In this document: positions 44,109 through 53,950 of the stretch, piece by piece
How positions within the stretch are numbered: the stretch's first letter is position 1
Layout: each line of letters opens with the position of its first letter
Assembly (NCBI GenBank): GCA_013416795.1
Contig: RQSC01000028.1
Span: forward strand, 527,810 to 591,809
DNA: 64,000 nt
Reading direction: 5' to 3'
From: Prasinococcaceae sp. CCMP 1430
Lineage: Eukaryota; Plantae; Prasinodermophyta
Notes under the pieces: generated by a model
The model's input: only the letters and a program-made list of their open reading frames with translations
The model's database searches: none
What the model was told of the DNA's origin: nothing
Program-made: the position numbers and the translations under genes

Positions 44109-45545
44109 ATGCCGCGCGCAGCTCCTATCACCGTGGCGGCGGTAGTCGCACTTGCGGCCGTGACAGCGGCGGGGCTGGTGCGCGCGGCGGGCGGCGCGGC
44201 CGACGGCGCTCCTGTCGAACACGCACTCAAGCGCGTGCTTTTCTGGCCCAGTCCGACCACGGGCGACGGCGGCAATGGCGGCGGCGGCGACCCCCCGCGC
44301 TGCCTCGACGGCTCGCCCGCGGGATACTACATTGATGCGCCCCCCGATGGCAAGCCTGCACCCACCAAGTGGATCGTTTGGCTCGAGGGCGGCGGTATTT
44401 GCCAGTCAGCAGCCGATTGCCGCGAGCGCGCCAAGTCGGACCTGGGGTCGTCGGTGAACTGGCCAGCGCAGCTCGCGCCGGACGCCAATCACGACCTGCT
44501 CAGCGCCGATCCGATGCGAAACCCCGACTTCGCCCAGGGTTGGCGGCACGTCTTCGTACCGTATTGCTCTGGAGACGCCTGGGTGGGAGACGCGACGGAG
44601 GCGCTGAGCCCCTTCGATGACGCACTGGGCGGCGAGGGGGCGGATGGCGACGCCTTTGTTGGCTACTTCCAGGGGCGCACAATCCTGATGCGCACGCTGG
44701 AGGTGCTTGGGCTCGTCGGCGTGGGACCCGACGCTGGCTCGGGTGCCGGCGCCGCGCTGGCGCCTGCTGTGAGCGAGTTCGTGCTCACGGGCTGCTCGGC
44801 AGGCGGCATCGGCACCTTCCTCAACGCCGACGCTGTGTCCGAGCGCATTGTCGCTGCGTTTCCGTCCGCGCGCGTTGTGGCGCGTCCCGAGGCTGGCTGG
44901 TTTGGCCTGCCCCTGCTCACCTATGACGCGTTCACGCACGGCGCGCCTGACCCGGACATGCATCACATGGGCACGAGCGAGTGGACGAAGAAGATTGCGA
45001 CGTGGCCCTGGCAGACGACGGCGTATGCGCAGTGCGTGGCCGACCGCCGCCACCACCTGCGCCCCAAGGACAACTGCACGGATCACGAGGCGTGCTGCAC
45101 CTTTGCTCCTTACCTGTACCCATACATATCCACGCCGATGTTCGTCTCACAGTCCGTTGCCGACAGCTACCAGATCTTCACGCAGGGAGGCGCGCCGTTG
45201 GAGGACAGCGAGCCCGTGCACAAGTACGTCGAGTACTTACGCGCCACGCTGCACGAGTCGCTTGAGCGTGTCGTCGTGCACGGCAATGGGCTGCGTCTGC
45301 CGAGTGCGCGCGCGTGGCGTGGCGCGCCCGCTCACAAGCTTGCGGCAGACGGCCGCGCCGGCGGCGGTGGCAACGGCATCTTCGGCGTTGCGTGCATGGG
45401 CCACTGCCTGCCGTGGCGCTCGAACGCGTCCACCGTGCGCGGATACGACGACGCTGGCGCCTTTGGTGCCTGGTACCGCGGAGCTCTCGCCGGCGGCGCG
45501 GCGATGCTGCTCGACGACACGACAAAGCTGGCGCCGACGTGTTGA
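44109..45545 (+). CDS. Secreted pectin acetylesterase / Notum family esterase
   Basis: Signal peptide; CLDGSPAGYY, WIVWLEGGGIC, HVFVPYCSGDAWVG, nucleophile motif LTGCSAGGIG and CMGHC. Confidence 0.92.
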   Translation: MPRAAPITVAAVVALAAVTAAGLVRAAGGAADGAPVEHALKRVLFWPSPTTGDGGNGGGGDPPRCLDGSPAGYYIDAPPDGKPAPTKWIVWLEGGGICQSAADCRERAKSDLGSSVNWPAQLAPDANHDLLSADPMRNPDFAQGWRHVFVPYCSGDAWVGDATEALSPFDDALGGEGADGDAFVGYFQGRTILMRTLEVLGLVGVGPDAGSGAGAALAPAVSEFVLTGCSAGGIGTFLNADAVSERIVAAFPSARVVARPEAGWFGLPLLTYDAFTHGAPDPDMHHMGTSEWTKKIATWPWQTTAYAQCVADRRHHLRPKDNCTDHEACCTFAPYLYPYISTPMFVSQSVADSYQIFTQGGAPLEDSEPVHKYVEYLRATLHESLERVVVHGNGLRLPSARAWRGAPAHKLAADGRAGGGGNGIFGVACMGHCLPWRSNASTVRGYDDAGAFGAWYRGALAGGAAMLLDDTTKLAPTC

Positions 45546-46414
45546 GAGCGCGCGAGTAATTGCAGTACACAGCGGGGAGCATTGCGCCGCTGGACGGCCC
45601 CCCACGGCTGCGACGCGGCGGCGAGGCCGCGCGGTGGCGCGGGGGGATGTCCTCCCGTGCGGGCGCGCTCCACCCCACGCCTCCCGAGTCCTCGCCCAAT
45701 GCACCTTGCCCGCATCCCAGCTTCACCATCCTCCCGCAGCTGGTCGCGCCCTCGGTGCCCCCCCCCCTCTTCCCCCCCTGCAGCGCGCGCCGACCGGTAG
45801 GAGTGCTGGCCGGCGTCGGACGAGCTCCTTTCCCGCAGCGATACCACGCGCTGTTGGATTCTCAAATTCTCCGAAATTCTCCACCGCTCGTCAAAATGCA
45901 CTGCGTTGGAAGATTTGCGGCGGTGCGGGCGCCAAGGGGCGCAGGCGCAGGCGCCGCCGCCACACCGCGCGCGCGCGCGCGCAGGGAGGGGGGGGAGGGG
46001 CGTTCAGGAAGGCGGGTCGCCCATCGCTCCCACCCCTCCCCTCCCCTGATCGTCGATATCCGCGCGCCTCGCGCGCGCGCGCGCCGGCGCGCTCGCGCGC
46101 GCGGAGAAGGGGCGCGTGGTGCGGGCGGTGTAACTGACAGGCCGACCGACCGATAGGTCGACCTGTCTGTCAGTGCCGGTCGGGCTGCTCCCCAGGGCGA
46201 GCGTCCGCCTCGCCCTGATCGTCGCCTCTCACCCGCAGCGGGAGTGGCGGAGGGGGAAGGAGGGCATTAGAAGGGGGGGGAGGGGTCGAGGCTGCGCCGC
46301 CGCCATCGCTCGCGCGCGCGTCGTTCGACGCGAGCGCAAGTGGAGCGCCCCTGCGCGCGTGCGCGAGCGCAGCTCGACCCGTACGGCAGCAGCTGTGGCC
46401 CAGCTGGACGGGCG

Positions 46415-48593
46415 ATGGCCATGGCCCGCCGCGGTGGAGGAGACGTTCGCGTGAGTGTGAAGAGGCTGTGCGAAAATCTCGAGAATGACGCCCGCGGCAG
46501 TGGCCCCGTGCTGATGCTGCGCCATGAGCAGGCGCTCAGCAAGAACGAGATGCGCGCGCTGCTGCAGGCGCTCTTCAAGAACACCACCGTGCAGGTCGTG
46601 TCGTTCGGCAGGCAGGACAGCCTGACGAAGGACCCGGACTTGGTCGATCTGCTGCTCGCGGCGCTGCGCAATGGCCACGTATGGTGCCTCGAGATGGGCG
46701 AGATGCACTGGGACGAGGGCTGCCTCGACAAGCTCCTCAACGGCCTGCAGCCGCATGAGACGTCCAGGCCCACCAAGGTGGCCTTCGGCTTCATAGACTG
46801 GAACGTCGGCAACAACAAAAAGCAAATCGCGAGGTTCAAGGCGATCACAAAGGCACAGCGCCGCGATGACAAGGCGGCACGCACGAAGGCGCTCGAAGAC
46901 TACCGCTGGGGTGAGGTAAACAACGGGTGGCTCGACCCCGCCAACTTCTGGTGGATTGCGCACGCATTCATCATGACGCGCTGCGCATGGTACCCGCGTC
47001 GAGACGCGGGCTACTTCCGCTCGTCCGGCTACTTCATCCCGGTCGGCAAGAAGCCCAAGGCACACAACAACCCCAGGAACTACGTCAACAAGGACAAGGA
47101 CCTCTATTCCGAGGAGTTGCCCAACCCAACCATGGAGGCACGGAAGATCAACAAGACGTATGGCAATGGCGCAGAGTACAGGTTCGCAGCGGAGGTGCTG
47201 ACCATGCTCGCGGACGATCTGCCTTACGCGGCGTTCCCCAGCGTCGAGATGGCGTGGTGGGACGCGTGGAGGAAAATCATGCAGGACCACATCGATTGCT
47301 ACGAACAGCCGCAGCTGACTGCGCCCGAGCTGGCGCTCGACTTGCTGTTCCTGGCGACGGCGCAGGTCGTCTCGGCGGACGAGCCGATGCCTGGCGTTGC
47401 TCCCAATCCTGACGGCAACAGGGTGCTGTGGCCAAATGATAGCGTCAAGTTTGAGAAGTGGAGGGCCGATGTCCTGGCGATCGCAACGGATGACACTGCG
47501 AGCGTGGATCCAGAGGCGTACAAGCAGATTAGCCGCCTTGGCCTCGCCATGTGGACCTCGGACATCCACAAGAACGTCCGGAAGATGTTCAAGCCACGTG
47601 CGGAGGATCCCGAATGTGCGATCGCTAGCGCATCTAGCGACATTGAGAGCGACAGCTTCGAGACCAACAGCGAAAGTGAGGAGGACGGTGCCGAAGAGGA
47701 CGACGCCGAGGTGGCTCAGGCCGCCGGCAGTAGACCGCGTTCGCGCGCGGAGGCCCGGCCTCGTTCCCGAGGGCCGGAGCGGCTCGATACACAGACCCCT
47801 TCGTGTGCGGAAGCGGAGTTGTCTGGGGGAGCGATGCCTGAGGTACCGGCAATTCAGGCGCGTGAGCCGGAGGCGGAGCGGCAGGACACACCCGCCACAC
47901 CAGAGACACCGGAGCCGCTAGCCAGCGGCTTCGAGCCAGTCGATGTGGGCGACGCTCCGGGCTCTCCAGACGCCGTGGTCGTCGCACAGCCTGCGCCGGA
48001 GACGGACGGGGACACCCTCCGCGAGCACTCCGCTGGAAACGTGGCTGACGAGGGCGGCGTGGGTGCTCTCGCGCACGATGGGGGGCAGGTCACGATTCTG
48101 GTGAATTCCGGAGAGCTCCAGCCGGCTTTGTTTGCGGGCAAGGTGCGGCGCGTGTGCAGCGTAGCGCGCGTCAATGTGTTTGCCCTTCACATTCGGCGGA
48201 TGCGTCACGTTCCGCCGTTCTCATGGCCCGCCTGACATGCTCTGCTCCCGCGCGGCCGTCGCACACTCGCAGGTACTGCTTGGGACGCCCGATGCGATCA
48301 AGGACGTGCTGGGTGGCGGTGAAGAGCAGGCAGGTGATCGAAGTCCGGAGACCAAGAAGGCGGTCGAGGTCATCGAGCTTCTCGACAGCGACAGTGATGC
48401 TGATGGAGACAGTCACAGCGACAGTGACCTGGAGATAATTGCCGCCGCGCCTGCCATGCAAGGGGGCGTCGAGCAGCAAATGACCGCCAAGAGGGAAGAC
48501 GACGCGCCGGCTTACTGCACCCCGCCCAAGAGGGCCAGGCTGGATGACGGCGGCAGCGGCGGGGTCGGCGGCAGCGCAGCGGGCGGGCGCTGA
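46415..48593 (+). CDS. Protein of unknown function with an LRR-like N-terminal domain and an acidic disordered tail, 2 exons
   Basis: Coding-like GC3 bias; ALFKNTTVQVVSF...LRNGHVWCLEMGE pattern; phase-0 intron 48143-48272 joins FAGK|VLLGTP to a stop at 48593; TGTAA ~60 nt downstream. Confidence 0.7.
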
Positions 48594-48700
48594 TCTCGTG
48601 GCAGCCGTGCGGGGGAGTGCCCCATCTCCATCCACGAGCCGCCCGGGCCCTGTAAAGCGAAGTTGATCGCTGTACTGCGTGCGACGGGTCGACGGCGCGC

Positions 48701-48793
48701 GCCGCGCGAGCTGCTGCGCCGCGCGAGCTCCCGCGCCGCGCGAGCTGCTGCGCCGCGTGAGCTGCTGCGCCGCGCGAGCTGCTGCGCCGCGCG
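48701..48793. repeat. 17-bp minisatellite (GCCGCGCGAGCTGCTGC) x ~5.5
   Basis: Units start at 48701, 48718, 48735, 48752, 48769 and 48786, with few substitutions. Confidence 0.93.
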
Positions 48794-48961
48794 GGGGTGT
48801 GCACAGCGCTCGCACAGCGACGCAAACACCCACAACTAAACCCAAATCAAACCTACACGTATCAAACCTACCATCAGGATGGTACATGTACACGTAAACT
48901 CCCAAGCGCGCGCGCGCCCTGTTGCGCGAATTTGCTTCAGTTTTCCCCACTCCAGAAATTG

Positions 48962-51467
48962 ATGCGAATCTGCGCGCGTGCAAACATTGACGCACTTTTT
49001 TCCCGCGCGCGCGCGTTTATCGGTTGTTTGCAGGCCAGGCGTCGTTCATCCTCATTTTTCGTGCGCCACAGCGCGGTCCGGACGGCGGGCCCGCGTGCCA
49101 ATGCGTGGCCAGCGGCCAGGTCACCTTCCTTCGGGGCGCAGCACCCGCGGCTGCTGGCGGCGACGCGCTCGCCGCGCCGCGCCGCGGGCGGCGGGCCGCA
49201 GCCCCTGGGCATCGGGTACAGTCCGCGACGGCGGAGGAGGAGCTTCGGTTACAATGTGGAGGCGGACGACGAGCTCCCGTTCGACCCCCACGAGGTCGAG
49301 CTGGCGCGGCTGGGAGTCGACTGTGGCTACGAGCGCCTCGGCGCCGGGGCCATCCGCGAGCGCTTCCAAGTGGGCAGGCTACTCGGGCGCGGTGCGCACG
49401 CTATCGGGGTGTTTGAAGGCATCGCCAAGTACAATGGTGAGGGCACCCACGGCGACACGAGCCTGCGCGCAGGCGACCCCGTGGCCATCAAGATCACCCC
49501 GAAACTCCCCGAGCATCTTGCCAGCAGGCTGAGGCCGCATGCTGTGTCCGCAGACTCGCCAGACGCAGAGGGTGCGCCCGACGCAGAAGAGGTCGCCGAG
49601 GAGCGCGCATGGACTCGCTCCGAGTGGCAGCACCACTCGATGATGCGGCTGTCCGACGAAGACGCGCGGGAGCACTTTGAACTCGTCGAGGCACCAAGGA
49701 TCAAACGCGAAGTGGACGCGCTGCTCGCGCTCAGGCACACGCTGTCCGTGACCCACTTGTACGGGGTGTACGAGAGCCCTGCGCGCGTGTACATCGTGAC
49801 CGAGCGCTGCACAGGCGGCGAGATTGTCGGTGATACGTATGAGCGGAATTACACTGAGGTGCAGATCGCGACGATCATGCGCAGCGTTCTTCGGACCATC
49901 GCTCAGTGCCACGCCCAGGGCATGATTCACGGCGACGTCAAGCCCGAAAACTATGTACGTTCTGCCACTGCGCTGCCGAGTGTGCCATGAGCGAGGGCTG
50001 GCACGCGTGCTGACGCCCCCTTCTCTCTCTCTCCCTGTCGCTTTATCTCGCACGCGCACACGCACGCGCGCACATCCGCGTGTAGATGTGGGCGCAGGAG
50101 AGCGAGTCATCTCCAGTGAAAGCCATCGACCTCGGCCTCACGCAGCGCATAGAGAACGATTCCGAGGCTCTTGATACTTCCACAGGCACGCTTGTGTTCA
50201 TGGCGCCAGAGATTCTCCAGGGCAGATTGCTTCCAGAGAGCGATATATGGTCAGCAGGCGTGATGTTGTTTTTCCTACTGAGCGGCGAGATGCCGTTCTC
50301 TCCCTCGCATGCTGTGACAGACCATGGCGACGCCGTCACAGATGGCGCGTCCGACATGTCGGTACCTTCCGACGACGGCGCTGCCGCCGCATGGGCGGAG
50401 GCGGCGTTTCTGGACGCAGAACACGCGGACACAGAACTTATTGCTGTTTACAAGGCCATCCTTACCAAGGACATCGACGAGCTCTTTCGGCGCCCACCCT
50501 GGGACGACGTGTCGGCGCGCGCCGTGGAACTCGCGCGTTCCATGCTGCAACGCGATCCAAAGGCGCGCCCGACGGCCGAGCAGCTCCTCCGTGACGATCC
50601 CTGGCTGAGCGAGTTGAGTAGCACCAGCGAAAGAGACCGTGCAAAGAGGGGCATCAAGACCGCCGGAGATCTCAGCACTTCAATTGTCTCTCGCCTGCAG
50701 GCCTTCGCGAGCACGCCTGCGTTCATGCGGATCGCGCTGTCAAGGATTGTGAGCGACCTAACGGACGTGTGGGCAGTCGAAAGCGATTGCGATGGGTCGG
50801 AGTGTCGCGAAGCGACGGAGTATGAGGGAGGGAAACTGCTCAACAGCGCGGCCGCGGCCGCCCACTTATTTGCAACGCTCGATACCGACGGTGATGGTTT
50901 CGTCTGCGCGAAGGACATCGAGCTCGGTCTTCGCAACAGCGGCTTTCGTGTGCTCTCGCACGAGGGCGATGTGCTCGTTCCTTCCTACTTTCTCACGCAG
51001 AGCGACTTTCTCGCTGCCTGCCTGCTGACAGGCCTGTACGACGCTTCGCCCCGAGCCATCGAATCGTGCTTTGAGCATTTCGCCACTGGAGATGGCCTCA
51101 TCACAAGGTACGTCGCCTTTGGCTTTTGCCATCACGCGTTGCGTTCGGCACTGACGGCGCGTGGCCTCGTGCGTATTCCTGCCTGCTGACTGTTGCTGAA
51201 ACGGGCTTCAATCACTCGCTAAAACTCGCGCACGTCGAAATGATCTGTCGCCATGATAGTGGCCAACTCGCCGGGGCGCTTGCAGATGGCGTCCCCCCTG
51301 ACGAGCTCTCCAGGGAGATAGAGGCGGCCAAGGCACTTGCTGCGCAAGTAGGTGGTGAGGCTTTCAAAACAAAAAGCGACGGCATCGATCTCCGGGTCTT
51401 CAAGGCCATGCTTCAGCACACATGCGATGCCGCCTCGCTGCAGGTTTACGACACTCGCGTGAGCTGA
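48962..51467 (+). CDS. Atypical CDPK-related Ser/Thr kinase with degenerate EF-hands, 3 exons; start uncertain
   Basis: GRLLGRG, VAIK, VYIVTERCTGGEI, IHGDVKPENY|..KAIDLG, GTLVFMAPE, SDIWSAGVMLFFLLSGEMPF, junction SIVSRLQAFA and EF loop DTDGDGFV; introns 49955-50085 and ~51109-51259. Confidence 0.88.
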
Positions 51468-51835
51468 CATATGAGCAGCATCGATCTGCTGCACGAAAGA
51501 AGTGACAACGGCCAGCACGATCACGACGTATGCACACGCGTGCGCACTTCAAATGCCAAGCGCTCTTACACAGGCCCATGCCAAGCGAACCGTAGTCGTC
51601 GAGGGGCATAGAGCGCAATAGCGCGTGTCTTCATTCGCGCACCCTGCGCCGCAGATGGTGCGGTACGCGCGTAGAGATCACTTCAACCACACCTTCATGC
51701 TGGCGTGACATCATCAGGCTGCCCTCTCCGCGCTTGCGGCTCGGCCTCGCGCCGCCTTCGTACGTATGCTGCAACTAGCTCGCGCTGGGAGGTTACGATC
51801 ATCTGTCCACTCGCATACCAAAGACGATGTCGTGG

Positions 51836-53950
51836 TCAGTTTTCCGAAAGCTTCCAGCTGTGCAACCGCATATCGCCAGTGCGTGCTACGCGGCGTGTGT
51901 TGCTGCGAGCACATGGTACGTACTCAGGCGCGCAGGTCTTGCTTACCTTGTGCCGTGTGCGCGCGAGCCGGCCCCTGCGACGCAGGGCTGGGTCGTGCAC
52001 GTACAGCTGCAGCGCACCCAGGAACGCGTACACCAGCATGGCCACAGGGACCCAGCCTAAGCCCAGGTACGGAGGTGCTGGAAAGAGAAGGATGAAGGAA
52101 GACAGCAGTGTGACAAGCACAATTGAAGCTGTGCTCCACTCCCTGTCGTCCCAGCCCGCGCACTGGCAGGGAACGCGAGCGTGCCGTCAGCAGCGTCAGC
52201 AACCCGCACGCTCCTAGGTATCTCTCTCTACGCAGGTTGGCACAGACGGCACAGCGCACACGCGCCTACCCCAGCCTGATGATAAATAGAGGGTCATCTG
52301 ACTCATGATAGCACTGAAAGCAAGATCACGGACTCGGCGCACCTGCGTGTCCTGCGTCGCCTCTGTGAGCTGGGAACACAAAAATATGCCAGAGGACGCG
52401 TTCGGGTTTGTCCAACAGCTCTCGTTGTAAACTGCCCCGACGATTATGTCCGAGTCGAAGTGCGTGACGGGTGTAAGGTACGGCTCCGGGTTGTTGTCGG
52501 GATCGTCGCTGCAGGTCTGCCTGTATTGATTGTAGATGCCAATCATCGTTGAGCATACCTGCTCGAAGCTATCGTACGATGTGTAGATGCGGCATTGGCA
52601 GCGCAGAGAGCGGAGCAGACGCTGGTCAGCAGTGCCGCAAATGCGTGATTGTGTGCGCGGCAGTGACATTCGCCACGCCTCTGGCACACGCAGCGTTCAG
52701 GCTCGCGCACGTACACATTGGTCGTCACCTGTACGTAAAACCTGCCGTTGTCCTCGCCCACCTCGATAGTCGTGGATGGGCTTCCGAGCACGGCCTCGAT
52801 TTCGACGTCTGCCTCAATGCTCCAATCATTCCATTGGATGAAATTGGAGGTCTTGAGGAAGTCTTCGATCGCTCTCGATTGAGCTTCCGTAGGAACGTCG
52901 AATCTGTAGGTCACGAAGTATTCGCATCCTTCGGCCCCTCCATATGAAGTGCTGACATCCAGCGACACGTTGAAGCCAGTCTGCTCGCGCACCAGGTTGA
53001 GGTACACCTCGGCTGCGTCGACGAGCACTTGTTCGTAGGCTATGTCGTTGTAGGTGACCATTGTGTTTCGATAGGAGTACTTGTACCAGTTGAGGGCGAT
53101 AATGATCACCGCAGTTATCAGCCCGCCCACAAGGAGTCCGACGATGGCCAGTCCCACCATCCGGCCGAGCCAAGGGTACGTCGAGTAGAGTCGCGTGATG
53201 GGGTCGTCTCCCACTGAGAGGTGGTGCAGCAGGTCTTCGGCAGCGCACTCGTATCCCAGGTGCGTGCACAAAGCCGCGTCCTCCTCGGTGAGATATTCCT
53301 TTGGCTGTGCTAGCGTGCTGCTCGTCGACACTGCGCCTCCGAGCTCGGCTTCTGTCACAACCGCCTTGCTCGCGTGCCGCGCGAATACTTTCAGCTCAGC
53401 TCGAGAGAGAGTGTCCGAATCTATGGGCCGCCTGACACGGTGAAGCATCTTCTGTGCGTCGATCACATGCTTCTCTGAGCGCTTACGCGCTCGCCAGCAA
53501 CGAAAGGGCGCTGTAGGTCCAATGACAGGGCCCTTCGTGCGCGTTGCGATGATGAGCCACCTCATGTCGTGCCAAAAACCGATTGCCTGCCGACCCATGA
53601 AGCTCAGAATAGCCGCAACACCCCCTGGAGGCGGAGCCATGGCCGTGGGAATTGCTGAACCCGTGCGACCAAGCGTCGCCTCGTGTCCTGGCACAGGCGC
53701 GGCGAAGCCGGGTTGGCTCGTGGCAGCGTGATTGTAGACACTACCGTCGTTCCTGCGACGCACGACATTGCCTGTTGTTGCTCCCACCTCCTGCTCAAGC
53801 ACCTGCTTCGCGCGATGGACGGCATCGGTACCGATGTCGCCCACAGCTACGCCATCATCGTAGCGGCCGTGCCCGCGACGTCGTGAGCCGCGCAGAGAGC
53901 CAACAATGTGCGACCAATACGGGGCAACTTTCATTGCCCGATCGTAGCAC
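51836..53950 (-). CDS. Unknown membrane protein (TM helix, Cys-containing extracellular domain, C-terminal TM helices), multi-exon; may be the C-terminal part of the patatin gene
   Basis: ORF 52543-54096 with TM GLAIVGLLVGGLITAVIIIALNWY; following exons at 52214-52687 (Cys-rich) and 51836-52120 (hydrophobic). Confidence 0.55.

Noticed and set aside
46133-46173. Imperfect hairpin ACTGACAG...CTGTCAGT
   Set aside because: Short single occurrence with no second copy or RNA family motif
48701-48793. Regular repeat considered as a CRISPR array
   Set aside because: Units are contiguous with no unique spacers, no cas genes are present, and the context is eukaryotic
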